Of a DNA stretch of 64,000 bases, positions 10,940-21,498 are shown one piece after another (within the stretch, counting starts at the first letter, position 1; every line of letters begins with the position of its first letter). Source of the stretch: Schmidtea polychroa. Lineage: Eukaryota. The notes beneath the pieces were generated by a model. The model worked only from the letters and a program-made list of their open reading frames with translations, made no database searches and was not told the origin of the DNA. The translations under genes and the position numbers were made by a program. The stretch spans positions 47,617,727-47,681,726 of the forward strand of contig CM097885.1 in assembly GCA_044892525.1 (NCBI GenBank), in the 5' to 3' direction.

Positions 10940-11948
10940 ATGAAAAAAAAAATTTTTATGAAATAATTTTTTTAAGTAATTTTAGATGGAAATTTTTATG
11001 GAATAATTTTTAAGATAATTTTTAATGAAAACTTCTATGAAATATTTTTCAATGATAAATTTAGAAAAAAAATTTTTTGAAATAATTTTAGATGGAAATT
11101 ATGTAAATTAAGGGATACATTTTTAAATTAAAGTAATCAATGGTCTATATTTTAAACTTCTATATTCGGTAAACAATGACTAAATTAAGTAAATAAAGGG
11201 TTAAATTAAAGAAAATTATGATTATAATTATAATTAGATTTAAAGAATAATTACCTTTTCATTTAACACTACAGTGTTAATTCTTACCATTTTAGAATAA
11301 TATTTTTTATCAAAGTTCTTATCTTGTTTTATTTAATTTTAATTGAATGTAATGACGAAATAGAGCGTGTTGTCTTCAATTTTAATGAATTAATTTGAAA
11401 GATTATTTAGATAAATTTTTGTGTTTAAGGTATTCATTAGTAATTTTTTTTTAGAGTTGATGGTTTTTGTGAATTTTTATCATTTTCATGAATTTCATGT
11501 GGATAGAATGAATATTTAAAAATTTTAAGTTAGTTCTAAGATAAATTTAATTAATTTCTTGATAATTGGATGCATTTTTATTAATTAATTTCTTGATAAT
11601 TGGATGCATTTTTATTGATTGGTTTTGTAATTTTAAATAAAAATTATTTTTAATGACAGTTAGGTTAATAATCACGTGATAGGATATGACTTTGTAATAA
11701 TATTTTTTTTTCAATTATTTTCTAAGAATTTCATGTTGATTTATTAAAAAATTTAAAGCTTTAATGATGATTTTAATTGAATTTCTTGATAATTTGTTAA
11801 ATTTTAAATAAAAATTAATTTTTTTTAATGACTGTTAGGTTAATAATTATGTAATTGGTTTAATTTTAGATGACTTTGTAATGCATTTGACTAAATAATT
11901 TTTTTCAATAATTTTCTAAGAATATTTACACATTGATGAACTTTTTTA
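10940..11948. other. Non-palindromic AT-rich spacer of the inverted repeat
   Basis: Arm identity ends at 10939/11949. Contains short internal direct repeats and units related (in reverse complement) to 21480-21700. Confidence 0.85.
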
Positions 11949-12368
11949 AAAAAAAAACATAAGCTAAGAAACCAGTTAACCTTATCAAGAACTTTAAATT
12001 TACTTGATAATTTACAGAAAAATTATACAAAATTTAATTTACAGAAATAATTTACAAAATAATATACTGAAATTTATGATTAAGTTTGCTTTTATGAACA
12101 ATCAATATATATCATCTCTAGTTAGGTATTTGATAGCTGAAATATTTGTAGTAAATAATAAGTTTATTATGTCTTTGTTACATAACTCTACTTTAACGTC
12201 AAAATGTGTTTTTAAAATAAATTTTAATTTTAAAATACCGCAACGTAATATATTTTTTCCCTACCCTTCCTTGATTTTGATTGGTTAGAATTTGTTCCTA
12301 TAAACAATTATAATCTATAAACAATAATCAATCATTATTCACATTTAATAAATAATTAACCTTTAAAA

Positions 12369-15300
12369 ATGAATTCTTTAATAGAAAACGTTATGAATGT
12401 TCGAGAAAAAATTCAGGAATTTGGTAAATTTTAATTAATTTATTAATTAATTTAGATAATATTAATGAAGACAATTTAAAATCGAAGATTAAAGGAAATT
12501 TGAAAAGAAAAAGTAAACATAATTTTTAATTTATTGATTTAATTAATTAATAATTTAGGTAATACGAATAAAGAGAAAAATTATGTCAATGTATCAATAA
12601 ATCGAAATGAAAATTTACAATGTAAGTATTGATTACTTTTTTATATAATTTAAAGGAAATTTAATATAATTTTTTATTTAATTAAATGTTAATATTTTTA
12701 ATTTAGTAAATTTTTATTTTTTAGTAAATAAAATTTGTAAATTTTTGCGTAAACATTTATTAAAATATTTCATTTAAATTATATATATATTTTTTTTATT
12801 AAATTTTTATTAAATTTTTATTTTATAGGTATACTTTATCCAAATTATTGTTCATCGAAAGAACATGATAATAATTGCCATTCTATAATGGAGAATTATT
12901 ACACGAAAAAATATTATAATAAAACATATTTTATATGTCCCGTATGTAAGACTAGTGACCCTGTAACATATAGCGTTTTTTATAATAAACATAAAAATCA
13001 TTTAGATAAGTTTAATTTTAAAAAAGATAGTGTTTTTAAAAGACCCTCAACTATAGAAAAAAATAATACAAATAAAAAAATTAAATTAGATACTTCTTCT
13101 TTTGAATCCCAGGTCGGATTAGTTGTTGAATCCCAGGCTGGATTGTCTTTTGTTGAATCCAATGATGGATTGGTCGTTGAATCCCAGGACGGATTGTCTT
13201 TTGTTGAATCGCAGGTCGGATTGCCTTTTGTTGAATCCCAGGTCGGATTATTCAATTCCTTTGATTCTTGGGATGGATTAAATATAATACAAATAGGGAG
13301 TAATGTTCCCATAATACAAAAAGATCTAAGGGGTACCCATCAAATATTAAGTTTAAATACTAGCGACTTAAATATAAAGGAAATAATATTTCCAGAACAA
13401 TTAATTATAAAATTGAGAGATATTATTAACGAATTAGGCTCCGTCAAAATTCAATTCGGAATAACTATCGAATTTGAAAAAGACGGGGAAATAAAGGTTA
13501 ATAATATCTCCAATTACGCAAAACCTTTAACTGCATCATTTTTTGATGAAGGTATTAGGGAACTAAATGAGAAAATAACTAATATTACAGAGTTAGGTAG
13601 TAGCTGGATCATAAAAAAATAACAGAAATTCACTTCACTATAACAAAAATAAGTAGGTTAAGTAGATTAAGTGGTAGGAGTTTCATTGAACTACCTACTT
13701 GTCTAAAAAATAAATATTGTTTAATTAATATAAAAAACACCGATGATTCATGTTTTTTATATAGCATTTTAGCTATTTTAAAATATGATGAGGTTAGTAG
13801 TTATGCTAGAAATAGGACATCCAGTTATAATTTATCAGACTTAATATATAATCCATTAGATGTACCCATGAAATTAAAAGACATTAGAAAATTTGAGGCC
13901 AAAAATCCCGGCTTAATAATTAATGTTTTTTCTTATGACAATAGCAAACAATTAACAGATAATTACGTTTTAAAACATCCACATTTAGACATTATACATC
14001 GTTCCAAAGTTTTAAATGGAACTGTAATTAATTTACTACTATTAAATAAAGGAAACAATTTCCATTACGTTGCTATAAGTAATTTAAATAGGTTATTGAA
14101 TTGCCACATAAACACTAGTTGTCCTACACGCATACAATCATTATGGTGCCATCGGTGTTTGAATGGTTTTAAAAATAGAAACGCACTGGAAAAACATGAA
14201 ATATTATGTAAACGCAATCAATTAGGAACAACTCTTTACACTTTCCCTCAAAATAAATTATTGCAGTTTACTGACTGGTCGAAAACAGTAACTCCTCCTT
14301 TTGTAGTTTATGCCGATTTTGAGGCTATTTTACCTTCTGATAATCTTCATTTCCAATGACACATACCAATATCTGCCGGTCTTTTACTTGTAAATAACTT
14401 TGACGGATCTAAATCTTATCAACAGTTCATAGGTTTAGATTGCGTCGAGAGTTTTTTAAGTGCTATAGAGGATATAGCATTAAATAAGGTTCTTCCTTTT
14501 TATTATAAAATGGGTAGGAAACCTATGATTAAATTAACGAAAATTGAACAACGTCAATTTCTTAGTGCTTCCGTTTGTTATCTTTGTTTGAAATCTATCG
14601 TCGATCCTGTTAGAGATCATGATCATTTTACGGGGAAATACTTGGGTGCAGCTTGTAGCAATTGTAACATAAATAGGAAAATAAATAAAATTTTGCCTAT
14701 CGTATTTCATAACTTGAAGGGATACGATATGCATCATATACTTAAATATGGATTAAATAAATTTAAAAATTGGAATTTAGGCTGCATCCCTATAACGACG
14801 GAAAAATTTATTTCTTTGATTGCTCATTTAGGCAAAATTAGCTTAAGATTCATTGATTCTTATCAATTTGTCAATGATTCTTTAGCTAAAGCAGTCAAAA
14901 CTTTGAATTCTTTGCCTTTTACTAATTCTGCTTTTTCTGGTACTATAGTTTCTGAAAAAGGAATCTTCCCTTATAATTTCGCCACTTCTTTAGATATTCT
15001 CCAAACTACTTATGAATTACCACCAATCTGGGAGGGTGTCACTGAGCTTGAGTATGAAAAAGCTCAGGAGATTTGGGTAGAAACTAATTGCGTAACTTTA
15101 TTAGATTATATGATGATCTACCTAAAACTTGATTGTTTTCTTTTGGCTGATTTCTTTCATCAGTTTAGGTTGAAATCTATTGCTCACAATAGATTGGAAC
15201 CATTGAATTATTTCGGAATTCCTGGTATGTCTTGGTCTTCTGCATTAATGACTTTAAATGAACCAATTGAGCTCATAACTGAAAACGAAATGTTTAGCTT

Positions 15301-16273
15301 TTATGAGGGTGGAATAAGAGGCGGTCTTACTTTTGTGAATAAGCATTACGTAAAAACCGACGAGAACACCGAGTTACTTTATATAGATATTAATAATCTT
15401 TATGGTTGGGCTTTAAGTCAATCATTACCTTGTGGCGAATTTAGTTGGGTTCTTGATGGATTTGATTTAATAATGGATGAATGTAGGAATTTAAATCTTG
15501 AATCTTTGTCTTATGGATACACTCTTGAAGTTGATCTTGTAATTCCTTCTGAGCTTCATGATAAGTTGGATGATTTCCCTGTAGCTGCTGAAAAAATGAA
15601 ACCTGCTGGGTCTAAGGTTGAAAAATTATTATTAACTCATCTTCCAAAATCTAATTATGTGATTCATTGGAGATTATTAAAATTATATTTGGAACTTGAT
15701 CTATCTAAACTTAGAATGTATGAATTGCAATATAAGGATCTGGAATCATTTCGCAATGAGTTTAATTGTAAAATTAATATCGTTGCAGGTGATACAGATT
15801 CTTTTTTCCTCGAAGTCATTAACTGTAAACTTGAGGTTCTTTTACCTGCAATGATTCGAGATAATTTATTAGATACTTCCAATTACAATAGTTGTCATTC
15901 CTTATATAGTAAGAACCTTGATTCAGTCATTGGAAAGTTCAAAGACGAGAATAAAGGTCTTAAATATAAGGAATGGGTTTTTCTTAGACCTAAATGTTAT
16001 AGCTTGTTGGGTGATGAGGAAACAAAAAAGGCTAAAGGTGTAACATTGAAAGGTAGTGACATAAAACATCAGTCATACCTGGATTGTTATAACACTAACC
16101 AGATTTTTTCGGTTCCTCAGACTAAAATAACAAGCAAAAATCATCAAATTTTTACAATTAAAAACACAAAAATAGGTAACCAACCAACACAACCCTCCCA
16201 ACTAAAACATACCTCCATTATGCTTAAACCATTAGAAAAACAACATAAAACCTATACTTTTATAGTATTTTAA
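12369..16273 (+). pseudogene. Protein-primed family B DNA polymerase with spliced 5' end, disrupted (right arm copy)
   Basis: Exonuclease motifs YADFE, FHNLKGYD, FIDS, KGIFPY; pol motif A YIDINNLYG; motif C GDTDS; LRPKCY and KAKGV; endonuclease-VII-like C..C..DHDH..G..C..CN insert. Predicted exons 12369-12423, 12456-12512, 12559-12621, 12829 onward. -1 frameshift at A7 13613-13619, TGA 14357-14359, motif B absent. Confidence 0.88.
13100..13255 (+). repeat. Coding minisatellite (27-30 nt x ~6; ESQVGL[S/P]FV) in the PolB N-terminal region; mirror at ~9633-9788
   Basis: Repeated gaatcccaggtcggatt-like units. Confidence 0.85.
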
Positions 16274-16960
16274 CCCCATATTTTAAACAAAAACCATCCT
16301 TAATCTTTAAAGCCTCAAACTCAAAAGCTTCAAACTAAAAAGAGAATAGAAAAGAAAATGGCATTATGAAAAAGTTAGAGGGATATTTGATCTTTATCAG
16401 ATTATTGATTTTAAATTATATAAATTAAAAAATAAATGAAAAATAGTAAAACTGCTCTGAGGGGACAGTGGTATTTTTTTTTCACTGTCCCCTCAACAGT
16501 TTTTTTTTGATCCGGATCATTTTTTTATTTATCAACCTCTTTCGTTTATCGAATCTCTTCCAATATACAAGCTGGCCAGACTCATACATCAGAATCAATC
16601 CGATAATAGCAGCACACCTTATTATTCGCTTCTCGCTCGAATACGATTTCATCGGCGTTTTAAGCGTGCTGCTCGAAAGTACAAATGAATTCGAAAGCGA
16701 ATTCGAAAGAGGTCCGAAAACAACTGAGAAATAAATGTGCACATTAAAGAATCGATCCGGGGGTGTTCGAAAGACAGGTGGCGATAATTACCCGTTTCAA
16801 TAATTTTTTTTTCATATTTATGTTTAAAAAATAAAATAAAATAAAATAAAATAAATAAAATAAAATAAAAATAAATAAAATATACAACTACTTTATAAAT
16901 CTAAGATACCCACACTATTATTTTCAAATTTTTAATATTATTTTATGTTGAAAAAAAACT

Positions 16961-17032
16961 AACCACAGTTAGGATTTGAACCGCTATCCATTTGAACCAC
17001 GGTGCCAGTCTAGCCCACTGTGCTATCTAGGT
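16961..17032 (-). ncRNA. tRNA-like Pol III unit 2 (right arm copy)
   Basis: Mirror of 5856-5927. Confidence 0.5.
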
Positions 17033-17279
17033 TTGGATTTTTCTCATTTTTTAGACTATAAATAATCGATTCAAGTTCTTTAACTCTTTCCTGTAATTGT
17101 TTCATTTTCTTCAATCTTATATCAGCAACATCTACAGCCTTCATATAAAAATGTCGATACTTTTCATTATCTACCATCAACTCTTTGATGTATTCTAATG
17201 GTTCTTCTTCTCTTCTTTTCATTCTCTTATGTTTAACTTCATTCAATTCATTTCTCATTCTTTCTTTTAACTCATCCAT
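17010..17279 (-). CDS. Small coiled-coil hypothetical protein (right arm)
   Basis: Identical to 5609-5878. Confidence 0.6.
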   Translation of the reverse strand: MDELKERMRNELNEVKHKRMKRREEEPLEYIKELMVDNEKYRHFYMKAVDVADIRLKKMKQLQERVKELESIIYSLKNEKNPNLDSTVG

Positions 17280-17450
17280 TTTTATAAATATTTTTTTTAT
17301 TGGATATATTAATTTTTGGTAGCTTAAGTTAAAACGTTTTTGATCTTAAATTTCCAAGAGTTGCCGTTGACCAATCTCCTTAAAAATTTGTACAAGTACT
17401 AAATCGAGTATGCTGATCAATATTTCGTTAAAAATAAATTTGAAAAAAAA

Positions 17451-17523
17451 TGACCGAAATGGGATTTGAACCCATTGGTATTGGCAATGCAGTCGAGTGC
17501 TATTGCCACTAAGCTATTAGAGC
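17451..17523 (-). ncRNA. tRNA-like Pol III unit 1 (right arm copy)
   Basis: Mirror of 5365-5437 with one D-loop substitution (GGTAAT vs GGCAAT). Confidence 0.6.
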
Positions 17524-17780
17524 TATACTCAATATAAAATAAGTTGTTAATGTGTGACTATTTATTGATGAAATTAATAATTAATTATTCATTTTCTCGA
17601 CAACTACCACTCAGATCCATCTGAAAATTTAAATATATACTAAAATCAGTACGCTGAATCAGATTCCGTTGAAAAAAAAATAAATTGATAAAATTGAAGC
17701 CTATTCCCACTCCGCTATAATGGCTTACATAATATATTTAATTAATCCTATTTTGTGTGTGTAAATTTTAATATATAAAA

Positions 17781-19073
17781 ATGAATAATATAAATCTTAA
17801 AATTCAAGAAAAAAATAAATTAAATCTTGATTATAATAAAGAATTTACTCATGAAATCAAGAAAAACGATGTACTTAAAATCTCCCCAACTTCAGGATCT
17901 ATTGCAAACTTAAATCGTAGGGGTGATATAGTTTTTCAATCTCTTCAAACATCAAACCCCATAGATATTTGTAATGCCAAATTATATTATAAAATCGAAT
18001 TAGAAATTAAAGCAAACAAAGATATAACCCTAGAAAATAATTTCTTTCCAAATTTATTCTCCAACATGAGATTAAAACTAGGATCATCAGAAATTGAAAC
18101 TGTTTTGCATCCGGGAGTAAATTCTACAGTGTTAAATTTTATTTTGACTGGTTGTGATTATAAAAATGAATATGGTGAATTAACAGGCTGGATTCCTGAT
18201 GTTAATAAAGGGGATTTAGATAAAGATGGTTTAGATATAAATTATGGTTACTATAAAAGAGCTGAACTTTATAAATCTAAAATATTTGAAGGTTATTTTG
18301 AATTAAAACATTTATTTGGATTCCTTCAAAACTATAACCGTATACTTCATAATGTTTTTATAGAATTAGTTTGTAATAGAGTAGAAGGTGATAAAAGATT
18401 GTTCTATGGAGATAAGGATACAACAGCTAAATTAAAAATATCAACACTTGAATTGCATATACCTGAATGGACATTAAATCCACATTCTGAAATCAAACTT
18501 CTTGAAAGATTAAATTCCAACAAGTCTATAAATGTAAATTATTTAAATAGAATCTGTAGTGAATTTAGTATGACAGAGGGTTCAACATATTCTATAAAGG
18601 TAGCAAATTTAGCATACCGACCAAGATATATCTTGATTGGATTCAAAGAAGTAGATTCATCTTTCCAAAAAAATAACAACTTGTTTATTCAAAAGATTGG
18701 AGTTGATAATTTAAAAACAATCCAAATTCAATTAAATAGTTCTTATTATCCAATAAATAGAATGGAATTTAATATTGAAAATAATGAAAACATATTCCCA
18801 TATCTAAATTATATTGAAACATGTTATGATTTCAAAGTTGAACCGCAATTAAGTTTAGAAGATTTCAAAAATTTATATTCTATATTTTGTATAAATGTTT
18901 CAGACCAAGATGATCGCCTAGCCATAAATAATGTTGATGTTACACTTCATGTAACAAAGGATTCTAATTTTAAAGCTAAAGTATATACATTAATATTAGA
19001 AGAAAAGAAAATAGAAATGAAATTATATGGTGGAAAGATTTCAATAATCGAAAATGTTAGGGGAGATTCTTGA
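17781..19073 (+). CDS. Probable major capsid protein (right arm)
   Basis: Mirror of 3815-5107; three amino-acid differences (E/K, M/V, K/I). Confidence 0.8.
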   Translation: MNNINLKIQEKNKLNLDYNKEFTHEIKKNDVLKISPTSGSIANLNRRGDIVFQSLQTSNPIDICNAKLYYKIELEIKANKDITLENNFFPNLFSNMRLKLGSSEIETVLHPGVNSTVLNFILTGCDYKNEYGELTGWIPDVNKGDLDKDGLDINYGYYKRAELYKSKIFEGYFELKHLFGFLQNYNRILHNVFIELVCNRVEGDKRLFYGDKDTTAKLKISTLELHIPEWTLNPHSEIKLLERLNSNKSINVNYLNRICSEFSMTEGSTYSIKVANLAYRPRYILIGFKEVDSSFQKNNNLFIQKIGVDNLKTIQIQLNSSYYPINRMEFNIENNENIFPYLNYIETCYDFKVEPQLSLEDFKNLYSIFCINVSDQDDRLAINNVDVTLHVTKDSNFKAKVYTLILEEKKIEMKLYGGKISIIENVRGDS

Positions 19074-19102
19074 TATAATCCCTGATATTTTAACATTTTA
19101 AA

Positions 19103-20482
19103 ATGTCTCTCTATTGGAGATGTGAAAGTTGTAATTGTCAAGTTACAAGACATCATAAAGCAAGTCATCTAAAAACTAAAAAACATATAGGAGGCGACAT
19201 GATTCCACGAGCCGGAGGCGACCTACAATCTTCAAAAGTGACATCTTCAATATTAAAACCTTTTACTACAGAAAAATATCCAGGTGAAAGACATTTATTT
19301 AAACACAACTATACCGGACCAGGAACAAGATTAGATATTAGATTAGATGAAAATAATAATCCCAAACAAGGAGAAGAACCAATAAATAGAATCGACCAAG
19401 CAGCTTTAAAACATGATATTGCTTACAATTCAGAAGATCTTAGAGATAGACATGTTGCAGATGTTAATTTAATACATGATTTAAATAGTATCCAAAATCC
19501 ATCAACCCAAGAAAAGATTCAAAGAGCTCTAGTTAAATTAGCAATGAAAGGTAAGATTTTCATAGGTGCTAGTTTACCAAGGATGGCAAAAGATGTTGCT
19601 AATAAAAAGATTATTGAACAAGCAGATGCTGAAAGATCCCTCGGGAATATATCCAAGACTAGTTTATTAACCCCAACAGAATCACAAATAAAATATGCCA
19701 ACGAATTACACCATGAATTTAGAAAAAATAAAAAATATTTAAAAGTTCAAGTACATGAAAAAGATCAAACATGGTCTGCAGATTTAGTCTTTATGCCAAC
19801 CAAATCATCAGACCCTGAAAAATATAAAATAATTTTAACAGTAATAGATTTATATACGAGATTTGCTTTTGCAAGATGTTTAGAAACCAAAACAAGATAT
19901 TCTATTACAGAAGCATTTGAAAATATATTTGAAGAACATCAAAGAATTCCAAAATATTTATGGTGCGATAAAGGAACAGAATTTTATAACAAAGTTTTTA
20001 CAAAGTTTTTAAATGAAAATGATATTAAATTATATTCAACAGAAAACGAAGGAAAAGCAGTCGTAGTTGAAAGATTAAATAGAACATTAAAAAATAAAAT
20101 GTGGAAATATTTTACTGCTATTGGAAAACAAAAATGGAACAATGAGTTGTTACAAAAGATTGTAAATGAATATAATAATGATGTACATAGTTCTATAAAA
20201 TCAACACCTTTAAATGCTTCCATGAATCTTGAAACCATTAAAGTGGTAAATATTGAAAATGATGTTATTGAAAAACCAAAGTTTAAAATTGGTGACCGAG
20301 TAAGAATATTTAAATATAAAAATAAATTTGAAAAAGGATTCACAGCAAAATGGACAAATGAAATTTTTATTATAAATAAAATACATTATACAACTCCAAT
20401 AACATATAGCATCATTGATTTAAATAATGAAAAAATATTAGGTAGATTTTATAATAATGAGTTACAGAAAACAGATTTCTAA
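19103..20482 (+). CDS. Zn-finger / PLA2 / rve integrase fusion (right arm)
   Basis: Mirror of 2406-3785; two amino-acid differences (T/K, K/E). Confidence 0.92.
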   Translation: MSLYWRCESCNCQVTRHHKASHLKTKKHIGGDMIPRAGGDLQSSKVTSSILKPFTTEKYPGERHLFKHNYTGPGTRLDIRLDENNNPKQGEEPINRIDQAALKHDIAYNSEDLRDRHVADVNLIHDLNSIQNPSTQEKIQRALVKLAMKGKIFIGASLPRMAKDVANKKIIEQADAERSLGNISKTSLLTPTESQIKYANELHHEFRKNKKYLKVQVHEKDQTWSADLVFMPTKSSDPEKYKIILTVIDLYTRFAFARCLETKTRYSITEAFENIFEEHQRIPKYLWCDKGTEFYNKVFTKFLNENDIKLYSTENEGKAVVVERLNRTLKNKMWKYFTAIGKQKWNNELLQKIVNEYNNDVHSSIKSTPLNASMNLETIKVVNIENDVIEKPKFKIGDRVRIFKYKNKFEKGFTAKWTNEIFIINKIHYTTPITYSIIDLNNEKILGRFYNNELQKTDF

Positions 20483-21288
20483 AACAAACTTTTCCATATT
20501 TCAGCTTCTTCTCTATCCAAATAAATATAATTATATTTTTCTTTCCAATGATTATCAACAAACATATCAAACATATTCTTATCAGGTTCAACATTTGAAA
20601 ATAAATCATTATAAATCATATTCTTATCACGGCGATCTAATTTAAAAAATATAAAACAATTAGAATTATTTCTTATAGAGTTTTTATCTAAAGCATAATA
20701 AGTTTGAGATATATAAATAACATTACAATTATTATGTCTTCCTCTTGTAAAGTAACTCTTTTGAATCTCTTGGTTTTTCATGTTAACAACATCATCAAAT
20801 ATAACTAGATTCATTTTATCTTTAGGAAGTAAATCACAATGTAAAACATCTTCAGGTTTATTAGAGAATAAAACTTGAATTGCCTCCTGCCCCTGATCTT
20901 CACAACTATAATCATTATTATTATTAATATCTGATTCTAAAATCTTTTCCTTATACCAATCAACCATATCACAAGGTTGAAAAACTTCTTCAGGACATCT
21001 ATGTTGATTTTTAAAAATATCAATTATTGCTTTTTTAGTTAATTTATTTTCAAATCCACATTTCAAAAGTTGTAATTCTGGTTGATTTATAGTTGTAGAG
21101 TAAAAGATTAAATTATTATAATCTAAAAAACCATCTTCAAGCAACATTTTCAAAACAAGTACATTCTTTCCACATCCAGAAGAACCAACAATTAATAATC
21201 TAAAATTATCAGGAAATACTTTATTATTAAATTTAGATTTATGTCTATTTAAAATTGGTTTCCAAATTATTGGACTTCGTACATCCAT
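20479..21288 (-). CDS. A32/FtsK-like packaging ATPase (right arm)
   Basis: Identical protein to 1600-2409. Confidence 0.92.
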   Translation of the reverse strand: MDVRSPIIWKPILNRHKSKFNNKVFPDNFRLLIVGSSGCGKNVLVLKMLLEDGFLDYNNLIFYSTTINQPELQLLKCGFENKLTKKAIIDIFKNQHRCPEEVFQPCDMVDWYKEKILESDINNNNDYSCEDQGQEAIQVLFSNKPEDVLHCDLLPKDKMNLVIFDDVVNMKNQEIQKSYFTRGRHNNCNVIYISQTYYALDKNSIRNNSNCFIFFKLDRRDKNMIYNDLFSNVEPDKNMFDMFVDNHWKEKYNYIYLDREEAEIWKSLF

Positions 21289-21303
21289 TTTATTTATTTA
21301 AAA

Positions 21304-21436
21304 ATGACCTCGAAGAGTTCCCCTACTGAAGAATCTTTGCAAGAATTAATAAATTCAAATAAAAATAAATCAGTAGTAATTGATGGTAAAAAATATTTTA
21401 TTGGAAAACATGTAAAAGAACAAGTTAAAGAACGTA

Positions 21437-21470
<34 letters not shown>

Positions 21471-21498
21471 ATTATTATTTCATAAAAATTTTCATTAA
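21304..21498 (+). pseudogene. Truncated pX-like gene (first 44 codons) fused to a (TTA)n microsatellite
   Basis: Matches 976-1584 up to KEQVKER, then poly-Leu from (TTA)n. Confidence 0.85.

Larger units (their letters stand above)
11949..21436. repeat. Right arm of ~9.5 kb inverted repeat
   Basis: Identity to the left arm stops after ...caagttaaagaacgta (21436), inside the pX-like gene. Confidence 0.97.

Noticed and set aside
12004..12288. 94-aa ORF and its mirror 10600-10884
   Set aside because: Non-ATG start, low-complexity AT-driven composition; probably the PolB upstream region.
14357..14359. Alternative genetic code or selenocysteine at the PolB TGA
   Set aside because: TGA is a normal stop for the capsid, 281-aa ORF and PICK1; the same gene has other disabling lesions; no SECIS seen.
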